Assembly (NCBI GenBank): GCA_012512325.1
Contig: JAAZEL010000061.1
Span: forward strand, 1 to 60,664
Reading direction: 5' to 3'
DNA: 60,664 nucleotides
Origin: Candidatus Fermentithermobacillaceae bacterium
Lineage (GTDB): Bacteria > Bacillota > Sulfobacillia > Fermentithermobacillales > Fermentithermobacillaceae
Part shown: piece after piece, positions 9,055 to 19,261 of the stretch
Layout: the number at the start of each line of letters is the position of its first letter
Numbering within the stretch: position 1 is the first letter of the stretch
The notes under the pieces: model-generated
What the model was told of the DNA's origin: nothing
Database searches by the model: none
Seen by the model: the letters and a program-made list of their open reading frames with translations, nothing else
Made by a program: the position numbers and the translations under genes

Positions 9055-11178
9055 CTACGCCAACCCAAGCACACGGATGGCCCCTTGGAGCAAAGCAAGT
9101 ACGGTGCAAGCGAACGTCAACGGTATTATGATAGACAGCAGCGCCCACTTCTTGCTCCCAGTCTCTTTGTACACAGTGTAAACCGTGGTGCCACACGGAA
9201 AGTGGAGCAGCGCAAACAACATGGCTGACAAGGCAGTTGCCCACGTCCATCCGTTTGAGAACAAGACCGATTGCATAGCGCCCAATGAGGCAGGCTGGGA
9301 CATGGCGTTTTGAGAAAGATAGGCCATGAGGGCTATGGGGATCACAATCTCATTTGCAGGAAATCCCAAGATGAAAGCAAGCAGGGTGACACCATCCAGG
9401 CCCAGCATGAGTCCGACAGGGTTGAGTAAGGCAGCAGCTTCTCCCAGCAGAGTCCGCCCTCCGAACGAAGCGTTGGCCAAGAGCCACGTTATTGCGCCGC
9501 ACGGCGCTGCCACAAGAACCGCACGCTTCAGCACAAACACCGTCCGATCCTTGAAAGCCCGGATCATCACCTGGAGCACCTTGGGTTTGCGGTAAGGAGG
9601 GAGCTCCATCACAAAGGAGGACGGGACCCCTTTGAGGATTGTCTTGGACATCAGATACGACACAGCGAAGGTACTTAGGACACCCAAGGAAATAGAACCT
9701 AAGACGGCAGCTCCCGACACTGCAGCCGACACAGCAGCTGAGGTCGGCGCCTTCCGGATGCCGTGATAAAACATTGACCCAAACAGGAGTAAGCTTGGAA
9801 ACCGCCCGTTACATGGAACAAAAGTGTTGGTCAATATGGCAATCAGCCGTTCCCTGGGCGACTCTATGATCCGCGCGGCGACCACACCTGCGGCGTTACA
9901 TCCGAAACCCATGGCCATGGTCAGGGCTTGCTTGCCGTGGCCATGGCATTTTTGAAACAGGTGATCCAGGTTGAAGGCCACCCTGGGAAGATATCCCGCG
10001 TCCTCAAGCAACGTGAACATGGGAAAAAAGATCGCCATGGGAGGGAGCATCACCGCGGCTACCCATGCCACCGTTCTGTACACGCCCAGTACCAGTATCC
10101 CGTGAATCTGGGGGGCGATGCCCAAGTGCGTGAAGACAGAAGTCAGGTAAGCTTCGATTTGAGAAAACAAGGAAAACAGGAGGTCAGACGGGTACCGGCT
10201 TAGGTATAAGGTGATGAAGAACACCACGCCCAACAACGCCAGCATCAGGGGCACACCAAGCTTTCTTGAGGTTACAAGGTTGTCGATGGTTGCTGTCAGG
10301 TCTTTGTGTGGGCCGGGCGATTGTGAAACGGCGCGAGCGGCCACCCTGGAAGCTTCCAGGTAAATTTCACGGATCTGCTGTTCCACATGATGGGAATCAC
10401 CCATACAACCGATCGGCAGGATTTGCTGCTCCACATGGGTATCACCTATATGACCGATAGCTTGGATATGCTGTTCCGCTTTGCTGATATCATCCACATG
10501 GCCCATTGGTTCCGACCCTTCTGTATTACTGCAGTGCCTGTCGGAACCCCCGACGGCTCCCCCACCCTGTCTCGTCCGAGAATTCCCGGCCTTCCGGGCA
10601 ACAGATGCAATGATGTCCATGAGTTGCCTGAGACCTGTTCCGTCACGGGCCACCGTTGGAACCACGGGCAGGCCCAGCTCCTGTTCCAAACGCCCGGCAT
10701 CTATCTGAATTCCTTTGGTTGCGGCTTCATCCATGAAATTCAGGCATATCACGCAAGCCGGCGTTAGATTCCTTAGCTGAAATACCAGGTTTAGGTTTCG
10801 TTCCAGATTGGTGGCATCCACAACGCAGACGGTGACGTCGGGGGCCTCACTTACTATGAAGTCACGGGCGATCCTTTCTTCAATGGATGATGCGCGCAAT
10901 GAGTAGGTGCCGGGCAGATCTACCAAGTAATACTCCTGACCCTGAAACCGGACCATTCCGCAGAAGAGATCCACTGTCTTTCCGGGCCAGTTGCCGGTGT
11001 GCCTGTTCAACCCCGTGAGCGAGTTGAACACCGTGCTCTTGCCCACATTTGGGTTGCCTGCCAAAGCCACGACTACCGACCGGCCTCCATCGTCATTGTC
11101 CCCGATCTGATTGTCCTCGAGCCCGAAACCGCCCTTGCGGGCTGCCGGTTCCTGGGCGTTCCTCCCCACTATGTTCAT
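9055..11178 (-). CDS. feoB: Ferrous iron transporter FeoB
   Basis: GNPNVGKS, GNWPGKTV, DLPGTY, NFMD G-motifs, plus GYLPRVAF, GFGCNA, PCNGR and MELPPYR membrane motifs. Confidence 0.93.
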   Translation of the reverse strand: MNIVGRNAQEPAARKGGFGLEDNQIGDNDDGGRSVVVALAGNPNVGKSTVFNSLTGLNRHTGNWPGKTVDLFCGMVRFQGQEYYLVDLPGTYSLRASSIEERIARDFIVSEAPDVTVCVVDATNLERNLNLVFQLRNLTPACVICLNFMDEAATKGIQIDAGRLEQELGLPVVPTVARDGTGLRQLMDIIASVARKAGNSRTRQGGGAVGGSDRHCSNTEGSEPMGHVDDISKAEQHIQAIGHIGDTHVEQQILPIGCMGDSHHVEQQIREIYLEASRVAARAVSQSPGPHKDLTATIDNLVTSRKLGVPLMLALLGVVFFITLYLSRYPSDLLFSLFSQIEAYLTSVFTHLGIAPQIHGILVLGVYRTVAWVAAVMLPPMAIFFPMFTLLEDAGYLPRVAFNLDHLFQKCHGHGKQALTMAMGFGCNAAGVVAARIIESPRERLIAILTNTFVPCNGRFPSLLLFGSMFYHGIRKAPTSAAVSAAVSGAAVLGSISLGVLSTFAVSYLMSKTILKGVPSSFVMELPPYRKPKVLQVMIRAFKDRTVFVLKRAVLVAAPCGAITWLLANASFGGRTLLGEAAALLNPVGLMLGLDGVTLLAFILGFPANEIVIPIALMAYLSQNAMSQPASLGAMQSVLFSNGWTWATALSAMLFALLHFPCGTTVYTVYKETGSKKWALLSIIIPLTFACTVLALLQGAIRVLGLA
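10373..10477 (-). repeat. 45-48-bp tandem repeat encoding a His-rich linker in FeoB
   Basis: Units encode EQHIQAIGHIGDTHV / EQQILPIGCMGDSHHV / EQQI. Confidence 0.75.
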
Positions 11179-11186
11179 AATCCCAC

Positions 11187-11564
11187 CTATCTCACGATGT
11201 TTGCTCCGTTGTCCCGGTGCCTGCTTTCTCCTCCTTGGGGCCCTTCTTGATATGGCGGAAGGCCTGTGAGGCTCGGGACAATGAACATCTTTGCTGCATC
11301 GGTATGTCTAATCGCCATCACCGTGCCGCGTACCCGGACGGCCATCAGCTTCCCCCTTGGGCCTTTTCTCACCATTTCAAGGAGGACGCCGGGGGTAAAG
11401 CCGAGATCCATCAGCCTCAATCGAGTGAATCCTGTGAGCTCCATGTGGTGAAGCAGTCCTGTTTCGCCAGGCAAGAGCTCGGACAAAGCCGTGCAGGAAT
11501 CAAACGGTGCCTTCAAGGTATTTTCAGTTCTTTGCAACGATACAGTTCCTTCCATGGCAATCAC
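11187..11564 (-). CDS. feoA: FeoA family protein
   Basis: LSELLPGETG...RLRLMDLGFTPG...KGPRG...VRVRGTVMAIR; lies directly upstream of feoB. The start is uncertain. Confidence 0.88.
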   Translation of the reverse strand: MIAMEGTVSLQRTENTLKAPFDSCTALSELLPGETGLLHHMELTGFTRLRLMDLGFTPGVLLEMVRKGPRGKLMAVRVRGTVMAIRHTDAAKMFIVPSLTGLPPYQEGPQGGESRHRDNGANIVR

Positions 11565-11730
11565 CGGTCGGCATGATCACGCGCTGCGATCACGCGGTAC
11601 GCTTGCTTCACCTGCCTTGATGCTCAGAGGATCTTATGAAGAGGAAAGGCAAAAGGTGCAAGCAGCCAATCTTGTCGACTGCCTGCACCTTACGGTCCGC
11701 ATCTACTCAATCCACATCACCGGTCTAAGT

Positions 11731-13089
11731 TCATCCCAATTTCAGTATTCTGGTCGCCACTGCAAAGTAGATTATGAGGCCGGTGGTATCCACAATCGTG
11801 GTAATAAGAGGAGCAGAAAGCACAGCCGGGTCCACCCCGAACCGGCTGCCAATCAAAGGCAACACCGCCCCGATGGTCGAACTCACAATCATGATGACCA
11901 CGAGGGTTATACCTACCGTAAGTGCAACTGCCTGGGAACCACCGACCACCCACGAAAAAGTGAAGCCCACGGTGCCCATGACCAAGCCCAGTGCTCCACC
12001 GATTCTGACTTCTTTCCAAAGAATGCTGGCCAGATCTTTGAGAGTCACTTCGCCTAGAGCCATCGCCCTGATGACCAGGGTCGAAGCTTGGGAACCTGAG
12101 TTTCCGCCTGTGTCAGTCAGCAAGGGAATGAAGAATGTGAGCGCCACTACTTGTGCAAGCACATCTTCATAGCTCTTCAGAATGTTCCCAGTAAACCCCT
12201 GGCCCATGAACAACACCAAGAGCCAGCCGATCCTCTTCTTAATGAGGTCAAACATACTCGAGTTCAGGTACGGTTCGTCCAGCGGCAAGCTTCCGCCCAA
12301 CCTGTGGATGTCTTCGGTGTCTTCTTCTTCGATGACGTCCAAGATATCATCTACTGCGATGACACCTACGAGACGTCCCGTATTGTCTGTTACCGGAAGG
12401 GCCACAAAATCGTAGCTGCTCACCAACTTCGCCGCTTCTTGTTGATGCGCCTCCACAGGTACCGACACAACCTTGGTGTACATAATGTCTGAAACGAGCG
12501 TTCTAGGATCGCTCAGCAGCACTTCCTTGAGAGAAGTCACCCCGACCAGCCGCCCTTGACCGTCAACCACGTAGATATAGTTGGTAACAGTTGCTTTACT
12601 GCCTACCTTCCGAAAATGATTGATCACCCGATTGACGTTCCAATCTTCCCTTACCGCGATGTAATCAAGGGTCATGATGCCGCCGGCAGAATCGGCCGGA
12701 TATGTCATGAGGAGTTTGATGCCTGCGATGTCTTCCTTGGGAACCCGCCTTAGGATTTCTTGAGCTTGACGCGGGTGGATAGCCAGGAGCAAGTCCGCGA
12801 CGGCGTCATCGGACATGCGCGCCAACAAATCCCGGGTAACTTGGTCCGCCGAATGATCCAGCAAGCTGTATTGGTCGTCGTAATCCAGATGTTCCAGTGT
12901 CTCTGCGGCGATGTCAGGATCCGACAGGGCCAGTATCTTAAGCCGGTCCGGTTCTTCAAACTCCATCAGCACCGTGGCGATGTCGAAGGGCTGCAATTCA
13001 TGGAGCAACTCCATGAGCTTATCGTCATCCGCAGCCGAGAGCAGATCTTGGATAGTCTGTTTCAGGGAACCGTTGACCAAGTGCTTCAA
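11731..13089 (-). CDS. mgtE: Magnesium transporter MgtE
   Basis: N-domain, CBS pair (SAGGIMT, GRLVGVI) and DTGGNSGSQ, VDPAVLSAPLITT...D motifs. The SD supports TTG 13089. Confidence 0.94.
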   Translation of the reverse strand: MKHLVNGSLKQTIQDLLSAADDDKLMELLHELQPFDIATVLMEFEEPDRLKILALSDPDIAAETLEHLDYDDQYSLLDHSADQVTRDLLARMSDDAVADLLLAIHPRQAQEILRRVPKEDIAGIKLLMTYPADSAGGIMTLDYIAVREDWNVNRVINHFRKVGSKATVTNYIYVVDGQGRLVGVTSLKEVLLSDPRTLVSDIMYTKVVSVPVEAHQQEAAKLVSSYDFVALPVTDNTGRLVGVIAVDDILDVIEEEDTEDIHRLGGSLPLDEPYLNSSMFDLIKKRIGWLLVLFMGQGFTGNILKSYEDVLAQVVALTFFIPLLTDTGGNSGSQASTLVIRAMALGEVTLKDLASILWKEVRIGGALGLVMGTVGFTFSWVVGGSQAVALTVGITLVVIMIVSSTIGAVLPLIGSRFGVDPAVLSAPLITTIVDTTGLIIYFAVATRILKLG

Positions 13090-13483
13090 GGGAATCACCT
13101 CCAGGTTGCACGCACAAGCTCAAAAGGCTGAGCCCGCACTTGTCTTGTTTAGTATGGTTAAACGGAAAACAGCCTAACGTGACTCCAGGAAGTTGTGCTG
13201 CAAGGTCTGCAAAGGGATGCCAGTACAGCCGGAAAAAAGTCTCTGGTTGTCGCTGTCCACCTGCTATGCAGGCCTTTCGGTGTGGCGGTTTACATCTTTA
13301 GAGACCAAACACGAAAGGCAGCAGTTATGGCGCAGACAACCTCCGAGAACCAAAATACGCCACAAACTCCGGATATAAACGCGCATAGCCGGAATTTCTG
13401 ACTACTAGGCCCAGGGTCCACTCCATACCACCACCTTTCCTGCCTTAAATGCCCATTCATGGGGAGTTCTCCATACCTTATCA

Positions 13484-13511
13484 ATTATATAACACTATCG
13501 GGCTTTATCAA
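13484..13511 (-). promoter_or_regulatory. SigA-type promoter upstream of mgtE
   Basis: Minus strand TTGATA-N16-TATAAT. Confidence 0.5.
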
Positions 13512-13523
13512 GGAGTAGTTCGG

Positions 13524-14279
13524 TTAGAGAAAGCCCAATACCTTGGCAAACCCTATTCCGATGAGGATGACTCCTGCCACAGCCTGCGCTCCCTTTGAAT
13601 GTTTCCAGGTGCCCTCTGCCTTGCCTGCTGCGATTCCGAGATACACGAAGGCAGGAGAAGCAAGAGCGGACACTGCCGTCACAAACACCGGAAATCCCGC
13701 CACTGATGCTCCCAGCCCCGCTGCAAAGGCGTCAAGCCCTAGGGCAGCACTTAACACCCAGGCTTCATGGATGTCGATGTCGCCGGACAAGTCCCTGTCG
13801 GCCTTGAGAGGTTCTTTGAAGACCGCCAAAACTGCTCTTATCGCATCAACGATTCTGGCACGGTGAAACGTCGTTGCTGTAAGCGGTTCTACAGACCCTG
13901 CTTGCCCCGGTAGATCTCCAGGCACCGTGTTTGCCAATGGGTTCTTCCGGTTGGTGTCCGTGTCCATGGATGAACTCAACCCCTCAAGGATTTGCTTGTC
14001 AGGAGGCGCAGACTTCTGCGCCAGCTGCCATATCCCCAGGCCGACAAGGATTGCGCCTCCCATGACCCCCTCTATTCCATCGGGCATGGCTAGAGCCATC
14101 AGCCCCCCGGCGAACATGGAGATACCCATCATCGTGCCCGTACAAATCCCGATTATCCAGTAGTGATGAGGGCGAATCCTCAGTCCTTTGATGGCGTAGG
14201 CCATGCCCGCCATGAACCCGTCGAGGCTTGAGGCAAACACAACTCCTGCCGATGCCAAGAACCACTGCCACAACCCCAA
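13524..14279 (-). CDS. ytaF: YtaF/MntP family membrane protein
   Basis: Two repeated SxD[GA]F motifs (SSLDGFMAGMAY; LGLDAFAAGLGAS) and KEPLKADRDLSGDI. TTG 14279 follows AGGAGG. Confidence 0.75.
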   Translation of the reverse strand: MGLWQWFLASAGVVFASSLDGFMAGMAYAIKGLRIRPHHYWIIGICTGTMMGISMFAGGLMALAMPDGIEGVMGGAILVGLGIWQLAQKSAPPDKQILEGLSSSMDTDTNRKNPLANTVPGDLPGQAGSVEPLTATTFHRARIVDAIRAVLAVFKEPLKADRDLSGDIDIHEAWVLSAALGLDAFAAGLGASVAGFPVFVTAVSALASPAFVYLGIAAGKAEGTWKHSKGAQAVAGVILIGIGFAKVLGFL

Positions 14280-14315
14280 GTCAAAACCTCCTGCCTGCAT
14301 TGGCGAAATCTATCC

Positions 14316-14342
14316 AATGTATGGCAGGAGGTGCTCTAAGGT
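14316..14342 (-). promoter_or_regulatory. Mother-cell sigma (SigK/SigE-like) promoter
   Basis: Minus strand AC-N17-CATACATT just upstream of the ytaF SD. Confidence 0.45.
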
Positions 14343-14373
14343 TACCTAATCCTCGACTTGTCGAAACAATGGG

Positions 14374-15738
<1,365 letters not shown>

Positions 15739-15749
15739 TCAGGCTGCGC

Positions 15750-15881
15750 CTTTCCAGGGATTGGACTACATCCTTTTGGGTATAAGATTGCGTCCTTTCA
15801 GGTATCGGACTATCTCCTGCCAGGTATTAGACTGTGTCCTTCTGAGTGCCAGACTGTGCCCTTTTCAGTATCAGACCGCCG
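15750..15881. repeat. Six 22-bp degenerate tandem repeats upstream of purA
   Basis: Units start at 15750, 15772, 15794, 15816, 15838 and 15860; approximate consensus CCTTYCAGGTATYAGACTRYGT. Confidence 0.85.
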
Positions 15882-16073
15882 GCCTCCAACATGATTACGA
15901 TAGCCTAACCGTTCACTCCGTGCAAGGACAATGCAAGAGGCCTGAGGCCTGCACCGGCGATTTCGCTTACCCTGGGATTACGTATTACCATCTGTTGGCA
16001 TATGATAATATCTATCCGAGCCTGTTCCGTATCTTCATCCTCGGCCCGGCGCTATGGGCCTATCCTTGTCGGC

Positions 16074-16532
16074 CTACCGCTCTTGGTTGCTTTTCCGCGA
16101 AACCCTGCATTGGTCTTTCTTGATCTCTTTGATGGCCAACTCAAGGGCAAGTGCGACCGCCTGCTTGCACTTGGGGTTTATCTCCGTAGGCTGGCCCTCC
16201 CGTCTCGGCCTGGTCCAAGGCGCGTACCCCAGTATATCCTGGCACAGCTGTGAGCCCATTCCGTTGACGAAACCTCTCACAATCTCACGGCTGATTGCAC
16301 TACACCTTGTTTTGGCTTCCTCATCTTCCGGTTGGGTTCTCCCTGTATACACGCCTGCGGCAGCGACTGCACCGCAAAGGGCGCCGCACACCGAACCGCT
16401 GCCACCGATGCCTCCCCCGAAGTCGGCGGCACAGGACACCGTGACATCAAGGCCTACGCTACGGGTTACGCCCCAGAACACTGCCTCTGCACAGTTGAAA
16501 CCGGATAATCGCTTGGTGCGGACTTCCTCCAT
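16074..16532 (-). CDS. C-GCAxxG-C-C family putative redox protein
   Basis: FNCAEAV...GGGIGGSGSVCGALCGAV...G...LCQDI...KC pattern. Confidence 0.88.
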   Translation of the reverse strand: MEEVRTKRLSGFNCAEAVFWGVTRSVGLDVTVSCAADFGGGIGGSGSVCGALCGAVAAAGVYTGRTQPEDEEAKTRCSAISREIVRGFVNGMGSQLCQDILGYAPWTRPRREGQPTEINPKCKQAVALALELAIKEIKKDQCRVSRKSNQER

Positions 16533-16900
16533 TATCCGGACCAGCTCTCCGTAGTCTATGGTTCACCCTCCCTGTTCGAGCTCACAGACGAGATCGCCGG
16601 CAGTTTCCATCCAAACGTATTTTTTGTCTGCACAAGAATTATACACCGTGTAACACAGCCTGTATGGAAATCCGACAAATTTCCCGAAGAGCCGCAGCCT
16701 CATAGACCATGCCGGATATGGGGCCAAGAGTTGAAACACACCCATATCTGGCACGACGATAGGTCCGTGAAGGTCAAGCCGGAAAGCTCTCGCGACAATA
16801 GGTTGCGAGGGACAGAAGGCCTTGGGTAGTGGGAGGCTCTCGTATTCCAGCTCTCCGCCTGAATAGTATGGTATATTTTCTCGGTAAGGACGGTGATAGT

Positions 16901-17551
16901 ATGAACTACTACTTAGTAAGACATGGACAAACCCCGGCCAACAGAAAAGGTATAATCCAAGGACACTTGAACGTCCCTCTCTCCGATCGCGGGCGGCTTC
17001 AGGCCAAACTGGTCGGTGAAGCGTTGGCGAAGGTCAAGATAGACGCCGTCTACTCCAGCGACCTTGACAGGGCGAAGGACACTGCCATGGAAATAGCCAA
17101 ACACCACAACTGTAAGCTGGTGTTCGACAAGCGTCTCAGGGAAGTTCATTGCGGCAGCATGCAGGGGAAAACCATGGCGCAATGTAGGGAGCTGTTCCCT
17201 GAGTTTTTTGAAGCTCGCAAATCCAATCCTTACCTGGTGCCCAGGCCCGGTGGCGGTGAATGCGACCGCGATCTTTATGAAAGAGTGATGCGTGCTTTCT
17301 TTGATATCCAACGGGAATGTCCCGGTTCTGACGTGGCCATAGTCACCCACGGCGGACCGATAAGGTGTCTTTTGTCGTATGTCCTGAAGGGTGAGTTCGA
17401 CCCCGGCTTGCCCACGGTGGCCAACACGTCGGTCAGCGCGATTTCGAACCGCGGAGGCAAATGGGAGGTGGTGAAATCAAACGAAGTGGCTCACCTTGAG
17501 CCCATCGGTGATCATAGGGTGAGCACATCCAATGATTTTTACCGCTGGTAG
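16901..17551 (+). CDS. Histidine phosphatase family protein
   Basis: LVRHGQT, YSSDLDRA, LREVHCG and VTHGG motifs. Confidence 0.9.
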   Translation: MNYYLVRHGQTPANRKGIIQGHLNVPLSDRGRLQAKLVGEALAKVKIDAVYSSDLDRAKDTAMEIAKHHNCKLVFDKRLREVHCGSMQGKTMAQCRELFPEFFEARKSNPYLVPRPGGGECDRDLYERVMRAFFDIQRECPGSDVAIVTHGGPIRCLLSYVLKGEFDPGLPTVANTSVSAISNRGGKWEVVKSNEVAHLEPIGDHRVSTSNDFYRW

Positions 17552-17746
17552 TTTGCCGGTTTGGTGAAACCGGTGAACCAGGTTCAACAAAAGGGTTTGG
17601 ACGAGGACACACAGGTTCAGAAAAAGAGATCACTTCTTGTTGACTAATGACGATTGCTGCGATATCGTTCGGGGTTGGAGGAAGTCGAGCCTCCTGGTTG
17701 GGACAGAGGTGATGAAACCTACTGTAACAACTAAACGCAGGTCCGC

Positions 17747-17776
17747 ACTTAATTAAACCGTGCCAGCGAGCACGGT
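17747..17776 (+). promoter_or_regulatory. PyrR-binding-type RNA hairpin
   Basis: Perfect stem ACCGTGC/GCACGGT with the CAGCGA hexaloop (CNGNGA consensus), a 5' CTTAATTAA, and the uraA SD 3 nt downstream. Confidence 0.6.
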
Positions 17777-17793
17777 ATTAAGGAGGAAGATAC

Positions 17794-19026
17794 ATGGAAA
17801 TTGACTGGACTAAACGCATCTTGTTCGGGTTTCAACATGCCCTCGCCATGTTCGGAGCCACAGTGTTAGTACCCTACCTCACCGGCCTCGACATTTCAGT
17901 TGCGCTGTTTACTGCAGGAGTGGGAACGCTGCTTTTCCATCTGATCACCAAGAGAAAGGTTCCCGTGTTCCTCGGAAGCTCTTTCGCCTTCATCACCCCC
18001 ATACTGAGTGTTAAGGCCATGTATGCAACCCCCGGCGATCCTGATGCCGGCCTTCCTTACGCCACAGGCGGCATGATCGTCGCAGGACTTGTGTACGCTC
18101 TGACCGCAGGACTGATCAAAGTATTCGGCCCGGATGTCATGAAAAAGCTGCTGCCTCCGGTTGTTGTAGGCCCCATTATCATCACCATAGGCTTGACGTT
18201 GACACCTGTCGCGTATGACATGGCCAAAGACCATTGGGGAGTCGCCATCATTTCCATGCTAACGGTAGCCCTGGTGACCGTGTTCGGCAAAGGGATTTAC
18301 AAGAGCCTTCCAATTCTGTTGGGTGTGGGTACAGGCTACGCCGCATCTTTGTTGCTTAAGCTAGTGGACGTCCAGCCTATACTCGATGCCGGGTTCCTGG
18401 CTCTGCCGAAGTTCATGGGACCGAAGTTCTCCTTGGATGCGATAACTGTGATTGCACCCATTGCCCTTGTAACCATGGTTGAGCACCTGGGAGACATCAC
18501 AACCATAGGCGCTACCGTCGAGAAGGATTTTATCGCAGACCCCGGGCTTCATCGGACCCTCCTGGGTGACGGCCTGGCTACGTCTTTGGCAGGCCTCCTA
18601 GGCGGGCCTTCAAACACTACCTACAGTGAGAACACCGGAGTGCTGGCAGTTACCAAGGTCTATGACCCCTCTGTGCTTAGAGTTGCCGGTGTGATCGCGA
18701 TTCTCATGTCGGTATTGGGCAAATTCGGAGCTCTGGTGTCCACGATTCCCACCCCCGTCATGGGTGGGATCTCAATCATCCTGTTCGGAATGATAGCATC
18801 GGTTGGAATGCGGGTTATGGTCGAAAGCCGGATCGACTTCTCCAGCGGACGCAACATGTTGATAGCTGCATTCGTCTTGACCATCGGCATGATGTCAGTA
18901 CTGGGCGACAATAACCCGGCTGTTATTGACCTGGGATTCATCGAGCTCAAGGGGCTCAGTTTGGCCACAATAGTGGGTATTATCCTCAACCTGATTTTGC
19001 CTGAGGAGAAGCCGGAGTCTAAGTAA
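17794..19026 (+). CDS. uraA: NCS2 family uracil permease (UraA/PyrP)
   Basis: QHALAMFGATVLVP, FLGSSFAFI, EHLGD and NTTYSENTGV motifs. Confidence 0.9.
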   Translation: MEIDWTKRILFGFQHALAMFGATVLVPYLTGLDISVALFTAGVGTLLFHLITKRKVPVFLGSSFAFITPILSVKAMYATPGDPDAGLPYATGGMIVAGLVYALTAGLIKVFGPDVMKKLLPPVVVGPIIITIGLTLTPVAYDMAKDHWGVAIISMLTVALVTVFGKGIYKSLPILLGVGTGYAASLLLKLVDVQPILDAGFLALPKFMGPKFSLDAITVIAPIALVTMVEHLGDITTIGATVEKDFIADPGLHRTLLGDGLATSLAGLLGGPSNTTYSENTGVLAVTKVYDPSVLRVAGVIAILMSVLGKFGALVSTIPTPVMGGISIILFGMIASVGMRVMVESRIDFSSGRNMLIAAFVLTIGMMSVLGDNNPAVIDLGFIELKGLSLATIVGIILNLILPEEKPESK

Positions 19027-19041
19027 GCACGGACAATACAG

Positions 19042-19074
19042 ACAGGCCCTCTCTGCACCTGCGGGAGGGCCTGT
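19042..19074. terminator. Stem-loop downstream of uraA
   Basis: ACAGGCCCT...AGGGCCTGT inverted repeat. Confidence 0.55.
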
Positions 19075-19261
19075 TACAACTCCTACGGATAGCCGGCCTA
19101 TGTGGCCCGCGGAAGTTGGCTTCTTCCTTTTCATCCGCCCTTTTTCCTCTGTTTTTCGCCCTCACCTACCCGGATGAGTTCGATGAGGATCCATGGTTCT
19201 TGCGCTTTTTCATTTGTCTTTCGCCGTTATCTACAGCTGTTGAAGGCCCGAGGTGAGCCTG

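Noticed and set aside
13100-13480. M-box or yybP-ykoY riboswitch
   Set aside because: The conserved cores are absent on the coding strand.
16074-16532. Selenocysteine recoding in the C-GCAxxG-C-C protein
   Set aside because: All motif positions are Cys codons and there is no in-frame TGA.
17712-17756. 14-aa leader peptide before uraA
   Set aside because: The SD-to-ATG spacing is too short and there is no informative codon bias.
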